Shown in pieces: positions 41,755 to 51,539 of a stretch of DNA of 64,000 nucleotides (within the stretch, counting starts at the first letter, position 1; each line of letters begins with the position of its first letter). The DNA is from an uncultured Candidatus Rokubacteria bacterium (GTDB taxonomy: Bacteria; Methylomirabilota; Methylomirabilia; Rokubacteriales; CSP1-6), in contig CAWBMV010000015.1 in NCBI GenBank assembly GCA_963789955.1, positions 64,001 through 128,000 on the forward strand, read 5' to 3'. A model generated the notes under the pieces. The model was not told the DNA's origin and searched no databases. It worked only from the letters and a program-made list of their open reading frames with translations. The position numbers were made by a program, and so were the translations under genes.

Positions 41755-42960
41755 TGGCGGACATGGCCAAGGCGAGCGGGGCGTCGGTGGTGATCGTCGG
41801 CGGGGGCGTGACGGGGCTGAGCGCGGGCTGGTGGCTCGCGCGGGCCGGCGTCGACGTGCTCGTGCTCGAGAAGGGGCATCGTCGGCTGGGAGGCGTCGGG
41901 CCGCAACGGCGGCGGCGCCACGCACGTCTACAGCCCCTTCGGTCTCGAGGAGCAGCGGCTCTGGCCGCAGATGGACGAGCTGCTCGGCTACCCGACCGAG
42001 TACCAGCCCAACCGCATCGGGATGGCGCTCAGCGAGACGCAGCTGGCGCTCGCGCCGGCGCTGGGCCGAGGTCGGCGAGATGCGCGGCTTCCGGCTGGGA
42101 GCTTCTCGATCGCCGTAGCAGCTCAAGGAGCTGGTGCCGATCGTCGGCGACAACGCGATCGGCGGTACGTACCTGCACTTCGGTGGCCACGCCAATCCCG
42201 CAGCGCACGGTGCAGGGCTACGCGTGGGCGCTGCAGGACCGCGGCGGCCGGATCCTGCAGCACACGACGGTGACCGGACTCGCGTCAGCGCGGCGGGCGA
42301 GGTCGACGGCGCGTCGGGAGACCACGCGCGGCACGTTCGACGCGGATGCTCGTCGTGGTCGCGGCGGGCCCGCAGACCGGGCGCTTCGCCGAGATGCTCG
42401 GGGTGTCGGCTGCCGCTGGCGCCGGCTCGCGTGGAGATGATCGCGACCGAGCCCATTCCGCTCATGCTGCGCGGGCGGCGTCGCGGCAACGGGCTCTACG
42501 GCCGTCAGACTCTCCGTGGCAACCTCGTGTACGGCGGCGGTCCGCACGAATGGATCAACGTGCCCGACATGGCGACGCCGGATCATGCCGAACACGCCCG
42601 CTCGTGCGCAGCCTGGCGCGGCGGCTCGCCGAGCTCTTGCCCGGCGCCGCCCACGTTCGGTTGATCCGCTGCGTGGAGCGGGCGTCGTCGAGAACACGCC
42701 CGACGGGCTTCCGGTGGTCGAGCGGCTGACGCGATCCCGACAACGTCGTCATCGCGACGATGTCGAGCGTGGGCTTCGGGCTCTCGCCCGCCGTCGGCCG
42801 CGCGATCAGCGAGCTGGTGCGCTTCGGTCGTTGCCAGTTCGCCGACCTCGGCGCCCTCGCGCTCGGCCGCTTCGCCGATACGCCGCGCGACTGGCGTGAG
42901 CACGCCGGATGGGCGGCGGCGCCCGTCGGCCGTCGAAGCCGCCGCGGGCGGTGACGACTG
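41751..42960 (+). CDS. FAD-dependent oxidoreductase, DAO family (OoxB/HcnC/sarcosine oxidase beta-like), frameshifted
   Basis: VVIVGGGVTGLS, EASGRNGGG, GHANP, VVAAGP, YGRQTLRGNLVYGGG, VVENTPDGLP, GFGLSPAVG. Confidence 0.82.
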
Positions 42961-44600
42961 ATGCGCGAGACTGATCCGCGCTCGATCTCCGGCAAGCTGC
43001 CCGCGCCCGATCGCCACGTGCCGCTGGTGGTCGTCGGCGCCGGTGCCGCCGGTGTGGCGGCGGCGATCGAGGCCGCGCGGCGCGGGTGTCGAGGTGGCGC
43101 TGATCGACGAGCACCCCGTCGACAACGACATGATGGCGATGGACGTCCCGCTGTGCTTCGGTCAGCGCATGGACGGCTCGGTCCGCAATCGCGCGCTGAT
43201 GCTCGAGCGCGTGGTGGAGACGAACCCCGATCTGGCGGCCGCGCACGAGGCAGGAGTGGACGTGCAGCTCGGCACCTACGTCTGGGGCGCATTCGTCAAT
43301 GGCCCGGCGGTGCAAGAGCTGCCGGTGCCGATGCTCGGGCTCGCGGACGACCGGCGCTCGTGGCTGCTCGGCTACGACCGCCTGATCGTCGCCGCCGGCG
43401 CCCGCGACGTGCTGCTCGGCTTCCCGGGCTGGGAGCGCGCGGGCACGCTCGGCGCCGGCGGGGCCGCCGCGCTGCTCACGCGATATCGAGCGCTTGCCGC
43501 GCGCCGCATCCTCGTGCTCGGCTCGGGCGCGCTCGGCTTGCAAACAGCGAGCGTCGCGCTCGAGCGAGGCATCGAGGTCGCCGGCATCGTCGAGGTCGAC
43601 GCGCGGGTGCGCGGCGACGCGGCGACGGCGAAGACCCTGGCCGGCCGCGGCGTGCCGTTCTTCGTGTCGCACACCATTCAGGCGGCGCGCGGGCGCACGG
43701 GTGAGATCGAGTCCGCGGTGCTCGTCGCCGTGAATCAGGAGCGGCACGCCCGTCGCGGGCAGCGAGCGTGAGATCGCGTGCGACGCCGTGTGCTGGGCGG
43801 TCGGTCTGGTCCCGAGCGTCGAGCTGCTCCACCTCGTCGGCGCGCGGCTTCGATTCGTCTCCCGGCTCGGCGGCTGGGTGCCCGAAGTCGACGCGCGCAT
43901 GCGGACGAGCGTCCCGACGGTCTTCGCGGCCGGTGACTGCGCCGGATGTCCACGAAGTTATGCTGGCGGCGCCGGACGCCGCGCGGGCCCAGGGCCGACT
44001 GCGCCGGCGCCGCCGCGGCGGAAGCGCTAGGGGCTCGTCCCCGCGGCGCGGCCGACGCCCGGCGTGGCGTCAGCGCGGCACCGGCGCGCGACCGCCGGAC
44101 ATTCAAAGCTACTGGCGGATGTGGCTCGACTCGCTGATCGCCGCCGGCGGCTGGGACGTCGAACGTCTGCCAGTGCGAGGAGGTCACGCGGCGCGAGCTG
44201 GTCGAGACGAAGCCGCCGCGCTACCTCGTGTGGCAATCGCCGCAGATGAACGCGCGCAGCGTCGGCACGCTCCTGCGCGATGGGCCGCTGAACCAGGATC
44301 AGATCAAGCGGCTCACGCGCGCCGGAATGGGGCCGTGCCAGAGCCGGCGCTGCCGCGAGCAGGTCGGGCTGCTGCTCGCGCGGGCGGCGGACACCACGCT
44401 CGATCGCATTCCGCTGCCGACGTTCCGTCCGCCGATCCGGCCGCTGCCGCTCAACGTGCTGTGGCCGGCGGATGAGCCGGCGGCGATGCGCGAGGAGTGG
44501 GTGAGCTGGTTCGGCATTCCCACGCAGTTCAGCCCGCACTGGACGGCCGGCATGGGCGATCGACGAGCCGACGGCGCACACGCGGCTGATCATGAGCGAC
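42961..44600 (+). CDS. OoxA/HcnB/PdhA-like flavoprotein with C-terminal BFD-like [2Fe-2S] domain, frameshifted
   Basis: LVVVGAGAAG, LIVAAGARD, FPGW, VLGSG, VFAAGDCAG, VCQCEEVT, IKRLTRAGMGPCQSRRC, RPPIRPL. Confidence 0.8.
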
Positions 44601-44609
44601 GAGTGGAAG

Positions 44610-45811
44610 GGCACGATGGTAGATCACCGCGGACCGCGGACTTCGTGATCATCGGCGGCGGCGTGCACGGCGCCAGCCTCGCGTTTCACCTCGCGCGCAA
44701 GAAGGCCGGCCGCATTCTGCTGATCGAGAAGAAATTTATCGCGTCCGGCCCGACGGGCCGCTCGACGGCGCTCGTGCGCCGCTTCTACGCGATGGACTTC
44801 TTCACGCGCAGCGCCAGCGCCGCGGCCGACATGTTTCGCCACTGGAAGGACGTCATCGGCGGCGACGGCGATCCCGGCTTCCAGCAGGTCGGGATGCTGG
44901 CGCTCGCCGGCCCGGACAACGCGCCGAACCTGCGCCACAACGCGCTCCAGGCGCAGAAGGTCGGCGCTCGCGTGCAGCTCATCTCACCGTCGGACGTGAA
45001 GGCGCTGGTCCCGGCCGCGAACGTGGACGACATCGCGCTGGCCTCGTACGAAGCGGAATCGGGCTACGCCGATCCGTCCTCGACGGCGAACGCCCTGGCC
45101 AATCGCGCCCGCGAGCTCGGCGCGACACTCGTGCAGTACCGGCAGGTCGACGCGATTCGCACCGCGGGCGAGAAGGTCGTCGGGGTCCGGTCGGAGGGCG
45201 TCGATATCGATTCGCCCGTCGTCGTCAACTGCGCGGGGCTCTGGGCGGACCGGCTCCTGCGCCCGCTCGGCGTCGAGGTCTCGATCAAGCCCGAGCGCCA
45301 TCAGATGTGCTTCTTCCGGCGGCCCTCGGGCTTCGGCGTGCACCCGGCGGTCGCCGACAGCGTGCAGATGACCTACATGCGTCCCGAGCACGGCGATCTC
45401 ACGATCCACGGCAAGCTGGTCTACGACGAGATCGTCGACCCCGATTCGTACAACGAGGGCGCCGATCCGGACCAGATCGTGAAGAACGCGGAGCTGATCG
45501 CCCATCGCTTCCCGGTCATGGAGCACGGCCTGGCCATGGGCGGCTACTCGGGTCTCTACGACGCGACGCCGGATCATCACCCGATCCTGGGCGCGATCAC
45601 GCCGTACGAAGGGTTGTTCGCCGACTTCGGCTGGAGCGGCCACGGGTTCAAGCACTCGCCGCTGATGGGCGACATCATCTCGGACGTGATCCTGCGCGGC
45701 CGCTCGAAGGACTACGACATCACGCCGTTCCGGTGGACGCGCTTCAAGGAGAACGACCTGGTGCCGAGCGCGCGCTGGGCGGCGCCGCCGCACCCGAAGC
45801 ACCGGCTGTGA
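44610..45811 (+). CDS. FAD-dependent oxidoreductase, DAO family (sarcosine oxidase beta/DMG dehydrogenase N-domain-like); start approximate
   Basis: ADFVIIGGGVHGAS, SGPTGRS, GYADP, VVNCAGLW, GLYDATPDHHPILG, GWSGHGFKHSP. Confidence 0.88.
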
Positions 45812-46678
45812 CTAGTCGGGCCAGCTGTGCAGGAGGTAGAGCGACCTCATGAGTGGGGAGACCTCGTTGAACGATCCGAACCATCGCTCGTAGATCTCCA
45901 CGATCACGCCCGAGCGGTACACCGCGGAGAGCGCCCGGTCGACCTGGATCTGGAAGTTGATGTCCCCGCGCCGCATCATGAGCGCGTACGGCTCGTACGA
46001 GAAGTAGTTGTCGCTCAGCTTGAGCGTCGCGGGATCCTTGGCGGCCGACAGCAGACCCGCGAGCAGGAGATGGTCCGATGCGTACGCGTCGAGTCGGCCT
46101 GCTTCGAGTCCCTGCAAGCCATCTCGGTGCTCGGACACGTTGACGATCTGAGGCTTGACCGACAGCGTCGCGATCGCAGTCGCCAGACTCTTCTCGGTGG
46201 TGGTGTTCGGAATCACCCCGACGCGCTTGCCGTTCAGATCCTTCACCCCTCGAATCCCCGAGCTCGCGGTGGCCAGGATGCTGCCGCCGTCCACGAAGGT
46301 CATGTGACTGAAGGCCACCTGCCGCATGCGGTCGAACGTGACCGTCGTCGATCCACACTCGAGGTCGATGGTGTTGTTCGCGACCTTCGTGCCACGATCG
46401 GCCGGCGTCACGGCCACCCAGCTCAACTTGAGATCGCGGAGCCTGAGCGCCTGCTTGAGGACCGCCGCAACCTGGCGGCACAGATCCACCGAGTAGCCGG
46501 CAGGCTGACCGTCGGTGCCGAGGAACGAGAATGGCCGGGACGCCTCGCGATACCCGAGCTGGATGACGCCCTTGTCCCGGATCTTGTCGAGGGTTTCTTC
46601 GGCCATTGTCGGCCTCGTGAAGGCCAACAGAAGGAGACTCGCCGCCAGTACATATCTCAAGGAACGCACCGACAGCAC
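45812..46678 (-). CDS. Amino acid ABC transporter substrate-binding protein (GltI-like)
   Basis: Signal peptide, TLDKIRDKGVIQLGYREASRPFSF, GYSVDLC, IDLECGSTT, EPYALMMRRGD, IYERWF. Confidence 0.88.
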   Translation of the reverse strand: MLSVRSLRYVLAASLLLLAFTRPTMAEETLDKIRDKGVIQLGYREASRPFSFLGTDGQPAGYSVDLCRQVAAVLKQALRLRDLKLSWVAVTPADRGTKVANNTIDLECGSTTVTFDRMRQVAFSHMTFVDGGSILATASSGIRGVKDLNGKRVGVIPNTTTEKSLATAIATLSVKPQIVNVSEHRDGLQGLEAGRLDAYASDHLLLAGLLSAAKDPATLKLSDNYFSYEPYALMMRRGDINFQIQVDRALSAVYRSGVIVEIYERWFGSFNEVSPLMRSLYLLHSWPD

Positions 46679-46710
46679 CCTAGCACGAACTCGTCGAGCG
46701 CGCTCGCGCG

Positions 46711-48237
46711 TCAGACGCGGCTGTTGAGCACGTAGAACGGCTGCGTCTCGCCGCCCAGCCAGTCCCCGTACCAGCGCTGATAGTAGGGCTTCAGACGCTG
46801 GAGCATGGCCGCGCGCTGCCGTTGCTCGTCGCCGACCGTCTTGGCGGCGCCGCGGATCTCCCGATGGAGCGCGGGGACGTCGATCGTGAGAAATCGGCGG
46901 TCCTCCATGACGATGCGGCCGCCCACGACGGCCGTCGCCACGTCGTCGCCCATCGCGCGGTGAAGGAAGGCCTCGACGATGTCGAGGTCGTCGGTGAGCC
47001 AGGGGTCGTCGAGCACGCGATCGAGATCGACCAGGATCGCGTCCGCCTTCAGACCCGGCGTCAGCGCGCCGAGGCGACCGGCGAAGCCGAGCGCGCGCGC
47101 GCCGTTGAGGGTGCCCATGGCGAGCACCTCGCGCGCGGACAGCGGCGGCGTGGTCAGGTCGTAGCTCGGTACGCGATGGAGCTTGTGGAGCATGCGCAGC
47201 TCCATCACCGCATCCTCGTCGTCGTTGATGGTCTTGTCGTCGAGGCCCATGGCCACGTTGACGCCGCGCCGGGCCATCTCGTACACCGGGGCCAGCCCGT
47301 TGCGCATGCCCAGGTTGCAGCTTGGATGGCTGGTGACGGACGCGCGGCGCGCGGCCAGGATGTCGATGTCGCGATCGGTGACCCAGATGGCGTGCCCCAG
47401 GGCGACGTGCTCGTCGATCAGGCCGCGCTCGTCGAGCCACGCCACCGCCGTCTGGCCGTAGCGGCGCAGCGAGAAGGCCTTCTGGATGGGCGTCTGCAGA
47501 CAGTGCATGTGGATGGGCACCTTGCCCAGCCGATCGGACGTCTCGCGCGTGCGGGCGAGGAACGACTCCGTCACTGCCTGCGCCCAGCTCGGGCTCAAGA
47601 GGATCCGCGTGTCGCTCGAGTTGAACTTTCGGTAGAGGTGATCGAAGAGATCGAAGTAGTCGCGCTCCATGCCCGCGCTGTCCAGGTCGACGAGCGGCGC
47701 GGCGAAGGCGCGCAGATCGGCGGGCAGGGTGGCGAGAAAGGCCTGGGAGTCGAGCACCAGCTTGTCGACGTTGCGGACGCCCGGGGAGAACGCCAGGCGG
47801 ATACCGCCCTCGAGATAGGTGCGGATCGCGCGCTCGCAGTGATCGAGGGCCCGCGGCCCCTCCGTATCGAAGCCCATGTGATGGATGGTCGTGCAGCCGC
47901 TCCGTACGTGACGCACCACCCCGAGGGCCGCCGTGAGCTCAGGGTCGAAGGGCGGCATGATCGCCCAGTCGAGAAGGTTGTTCTCGAGATAGTCGTTGAG
48001 CACACCCTTCTGCACCGGCGAGATCGCGCGGCCGTGGCTATGCGCATCGACGAGCCCGGGTAACAGGAGCTGCCGGCCGTTGCCGACCACGCGGGCCTCG
48101 GGGTGCGCGCGCCGCAGTGCGTCCCAGTCGCCGATTTCGGCCACGGTGTCGCCGGTGACCCGGACCGCGGCGTCCGTGACGACTCGCGGCTCCGTCGCGC
48201 TCGTGAGCACGTACTTTCCGCGCAGCAATAGTTCCAT
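46711..48237 (-). CDS. Amidohydrolase family (TRZ/ATZ deaminase/chlorohydrolase-like)
   Basis: LPGLVDAHSH, IHMH, ALGHAIW, HPSCN, GLDD, TLNGARALG, KADAIL. Confidence 0.9.
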   Translation of the reverse strand: MELLLRGKYVLTSATEPRVVTDAAVRVTGDTVAEIGDWDALRRAHPEARVVGNGRQLLLPGLVDAHSHGRAISPVQKGVLNDYLENNLLDWAIMPPFDPELTAALGVVRHVRSGCTTIHHMGFDTEGPRALDHCERAIRTYLEGGIRLAFSPGVRNVDKLVLDSQAFLATLPADLRAFAAPLVDLDSAGMERDYFDLFDHLYRKFNSSDTRILLSPSWAQAVTESFLARTRETSDRLGKVPIHMHCLQTPIQKAFSLRRYGQTAVAWLDERGLIDEHVALGHAIWVTDRDIDILAARRASVTSHPSCNLGMRNGLAPVYEMARRGVNVAMGLDDKTINDDEDAVMELRMLHKLHRVPSYDLTTPPLSAREVLAMGTLNGARALGFAGRLGALTPGLKADAILVDLDRVLDDPWLTDDLDIVEAFLHRAMGDDVATAVVGGRIVMEDRRFLTIDVPALHREIRGAAKTVGDEQRQRAAMLQRLKPYYQRWYGDWLGGETQPFYVLNSRV

Positions 48238-48282
48238 GGTGACGACCTCTCGTTCGCGCTCGCTACGGCGGCGCGTGCCCGC

Positions 48283-48310
48283 ACTCTATCGTGATCACCC
48301 GGCTTGTCAA
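48283..48310 (-). promoter_or_regulatory. Putative sigma70 promoter of the amidohydrolase-SBP unit
   Basis: Minus strand TTGACA-16 nt-TAGAGT upstream of GAGG RBS and ATG 48237. Confidence 0.55.
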
Positions 48311-48591
48311 CGGCGGCGGGCTACCGGGCGCGCGAGCAATCCACATGTTCACGGCTGTCCACATCATGAAAATGTGACGGGCCGGCGCGGGCTGCGCCGG
48401 GACGTGGCCGCGACGGCCTCGGTTCTGGCGGCTTCGGTGGGCGCTCGACGTGGATTGCCGCAGAATCAGCGATCCGCCGCGTCGCAACCGCCCCGGAGCC
48501 GCTCAGGATGCGGTCGAACGCGTTGTTGACGCGGCACGCCGCGCGGCCCACTGTCGGCGCGATTCACGACATCCTCCTCAGGAGGTGCGGT

Positions 48592-49026
48592 ATGCGAGAT
48601 CAAACCACCGAGGGCCAGCTCCGCCGGGAGCTCGATCTGATTCTCGTCCGTCTCGAGCGGCACGAGGGGGCGGCCCAGAACGACGCGCGCACAGAAAGCA
48701 CCCGTCTGGTCGGTGACATGTTCGCGGATGCGCAGGTGATGGCGTCGCGGACCCTCGATGCGCTGGGCTACGAGCGTTTGTCCCGGCGGGCCAGGGAGCT
48801 GACGAACGCGCTCGAGCGTGTGCGCGACGGTAGCTACGGGACCTGCGAGGAATGCGGCGGCACGATCCCGGCTGCTCGGCGGCGCGCCTTGCCCGGCGTC
48901 ACGACGTGCGTGCAATGCCAGGAGCGCGGTGAGCGGGAGCGTCGGGGGCCGGAGCCGACCGAATCGATCGTGCGTCGACCGCGGCCGCGGCCCAAGAACG
49001 GCCGGCGGGACGAGGCGAGGACTTGA
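48592..49026 (+). CDS. TraR/DksA C4-type zinc-finger protein
   Basis: AGGAGG RBS; coiled coil then ALERVRDGSYGTCEECG..I...R..ALP..TTCVQCQ. Confidence 0.86.
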   Translation: MRDQTTEGQLRRELDLILVRLERHEGAAQNDARTESTRLVGDMFADAQVMASRTLDALGYERLSRRARELTNALERVRDGSYGTCEECGGTIPAARRRALPGVTTCVQCQERGERERRGPEPTESIVRRPRPRPKNGRRDEART

Positions 49027-49055
49027 TCGCGTAGCAGTGGTAGCGTAGCGGCGTC

Positions 49056-51023
49056 ATGGCGCCCGAGCTTCGCTCGCTGTTCTCGCCGGTCCAGGTCGGC
49101 CGTCTCACCTTGAAGAACCGGATCTACTCGTCGGGCCACGCCGAGGCGATGGCCGAGAGCGGGCGGCCCGGGGATCGGCTCACGCGCTATCACGAGGCGA
49201 AGGCGCGCGGCGGCTGCGCGCTCACGATCTTCGGCGGCTCCTCGAGCGTGCATCCCTCGTCGCCGGCCGCGGCGTGGAAGCAGATCGCCAATCACGACGA
49301 CTCCATCATCCCGGCGTACCGCGCGCTCGCCGACGCGGTTCACGCGCACGGATGTCTGGTGTTCACCCAGCTCACTCACATGGGTCGCCGGGCGCAGGCC
49401 GACGGTGAGGAGGCGGACGTGCTTCTGGCGCCCTCCCAGATTCCCGAGCGCGTGCATCGGGACGTGCCGCACGAGCTGGAAGCGGAGCAGATCGCCGAGC
49501 TCGTCCGCGCGTTCGGCGAGGCGGCGCGCCGGTGCCGAGAGGGCGGGCTCGATGGGATCGAGCTCTCGATGGCGCACAACCATCTGATCGATCAGTTCTG
49601 GTCGCCGCTCTTCAACCAGCGGCTCGACGACTACGGCGGAAGCCTCGAGAACCGCCTGCGCTTCGGCTTCGAAGTGCTGCAGGAGACCCGGCGCCGCGTC
49701 GGGCGCGACTTCGTCGTGGGCGCCCGCATCTCGGGGGACGAGTTCACGCGGGGTGGCCTCAGCGCGGCCGACATGGCGGAGATCGCCCGCCGCCTTGCCA
49801 CGTCGGGCCTGGTCGACTTCCTGTCGATCATCGGCGGCGGCGCTCACACCTACGAGCTGCAGGCGGCGGCTGTGCCGAACATGAGCTATACGACCGGAGT
49901 CTTCCTGCCGCTGGCGGCGGCCATCAAGCAGGCCGTGCCCGGCGTGCCGATCTTCCACGCGAGCCGTATCGTCGACCCGGTCCACGCCGACCGCACCGTG
50001 GCCACCGGGCAGATCGACGTCGTCGGAATGACCCGCGCGCTGATCGCCGATCCCGACCTTCCCAAGAAAGCGCGCGACGGACGACTCGACGACATCCGTA
50101 CGTGCGTGGGAGCGAACGAGGGCTGTATCGATCGGATCTACCAGGGCAAGCCTGTGACGTGCGTCCAGAATCCGGCCACCGGCCGCGAGCGTGAGCTCGC
50201 CGACGTCCATCCCGCGAAAACACCCAAGAAGGTCGTGGTGGTCGGCGGCGGCGTGGCCGGGCTGGAGGCGGCGCGAATGGCGGCGGTCCGGGCCCATCGC
50301 GTCGTGCTGTTCGAAAAGACGGCCGAGCTGGGCGGTCAGGTATTGCTCGCGGCTCGGGCGCCCGCACGCGCCGAGTACGCGGGCATCGTGCGGTTTCTCG
50401 CCGCCCAGGTCCGCAAGCTCGCGATCGACGTGCGGCTCGCGGTCGAGGCGACGGCGTCGGCGGTGCTGGCGGAGCGCCCCGATACCGTGGTCGTCGCGAC
50501 CGGATCGCATCCTTTCGTGCCGCCGGTGCCGGGCAGCGACGGCAAGCACGTCGTGACGGATCGCGACGTGTTGTCCGGTGAAGCCAAGGTGGGGGCGAAC
50601 GTGATCGTGGTCGACGACGTACACACGCAACAGGCGCTCTCGACCGCCGAGCTGCTCCTCGCGCAGGGCAAGCGGGTCGAAGTGATCTCACCGCTCTTCT
50701 ACGTGGGCCAGGACATCGGCGTGACCTCGATCGCGCCGCTCTACAAACGGCTGTTCACCGCCGGCGCGGTCCTCACACCGGGCACCGAGCTCCGCGCCGT
50801 CGAGGGCTCGGCCGTGATCGTCGCGAACGTCTACTCGAGCGTCGAGCGGCGCATCGAGGGCGTGGACACGGTCGTGCTGTCAGCCGGGAGTCGCTCGACC
50901 GACAGCCTCTATCGTGCGCTCAAGGGCCGAGTCGCGGAGCTCTACGCGGTGGGCGACTGCGTCGCGCCGCGCGGGGTCCACCAGGCGATCCTCGACGCCA
51001 CTCGGGTGGCACGCGCGATCTGA
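49056..51023 (+). CDS. OYE-family NADH:flavin oxidoreductase with Fe-S and FAD domains (StcD/DgcA-like)
   Basis: LKNRIYSSGH, GGSSSV, QLTHMGRR, HNHLIDQFWSP..NQR.D.YGGS.ENR, RALIADP, CVGANEGCIDR..CVQNP, VVGGGVAG. Confidence 0.88.
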   Translation: MAPELRSLFSPVQVGRLTLKNRIYSSGHAEAMAESGRPGDRLTRYHEAKARGGCALTIFGGSSSVHPSSPAAAWKQIANHDDSIIPAYRALADAVHAHGCLVFTQLTHMGRRAQADGEEADVLLAPSQIPERVHRDVPHELEAEQIAELVRAFGEAARRCREGGLDGIELSMAHNHLIDQFWSPLFNQRLDDYGGSLENRLRFGFEVLQETRRRVGRDFVVGARISGDEFTRGGLSAADMAEIARRLATSGLVDFLSIIGGGAHTYELQAAAVPNMSYTTGVFLPLAAAIKQAVPGVPIFHASRIVDPVHADRTVATGQIDVVGMTRALIADPDLPKKARDGRLDDIRTCVGANEGCIDRIYQGKPVTCVQNPATGRERELADVHPAKTPKKVVVVGGGVAGLEAARMAAVRAHRVVLFEKTAELGGQVLLAARAPARAEYAGIVRFLAAQVRKLAIDVRLAVEATASAVLAERPDTVVVATGSHPFVPPVPGSDGKHVVTDRDVLSGEAKVGANVIVVDDVHTQQALSTAELLLAQGKRVEVISPLFYVGQDIGVTSIAPLYKRLFTAGAVLTPGTELRAVEGSAVIVANVYSSVERRIEGVDTVVLSAGSRSTDSLYRALKGRVAELYAVGDCVAPRGVHQAILDATRVARAI

Positions 51024-51095
51024 CGGCGAGGCGCGACCGCCGCCGCACACTCCATCGCGGCGGCGGTCGCGAACGCTGTCACGCGCAGGTGGCGC

Positions 51096-51470
51096 TCACA
51101 CCGTCGCCAGTGCCGGAGCTTCGCCGAAGAAGCCGGTGATGCGCTCCAGCCGGCCGTCCGCCGCGAGGGCCCCGATGTCGATGCCCGCGACCACCACGGC
51201 CCCATCCGGAGCCACCAGGTCCCAGGCGAAACGAAGCTGATCGTGATGCGAGTCGACGCCGCTGCGCCGGCGGAAGCGGTGACCGGGAAACTTGGCCTGC
51301 ACGCCCGCCACCATCTCGCCGAGAGCGCCGTGGCCCTTGGCCTCCAGCATCGGGTCGGCGTAGCGGCCGTCGCCCACCCAGGCTTGCTCGATGAGCCGAG
51401 CGCGGCGCTTCGGGTCGGTCTCGTTCCACATCGCGAGATACGTGTCGACGATCGTCGTGGCGTCACCCAT
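51096..51470 (-). CDS. SnoaL/NTF2-like protein
   Basis: [23 protein letters not shown]...[28 protein letters not shown]. Confidence 0.85.
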   Translation of the reverse strand: MGDATTIVDTYLAMWNETDPKRRARLIEQAWVGDGRYADPMLEAKGHGALGEMVAGVQAKFPGHRFRRRSGVDSHHDQLRFAWDLVAPDGAVVVAGIDIGALAADGRLERITGFFGEAPALATV

Positions 51471-51539
51471 GTCGGACCTCCTCGATGAATTGGACTGCGC
51501 TGCTGCCCTCAGCCTCATCGAGGTGTCGTCGAGCCGCAA

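Noticed and set aside
44228..45811. Apparent fusion of a BFD [2Fe-2S] tail to a DAO flavoprotein
   Set aside because: The first part is the C-terminus of the upstream OoxA-like gene; read-through is most simply an indel near 44560-44620
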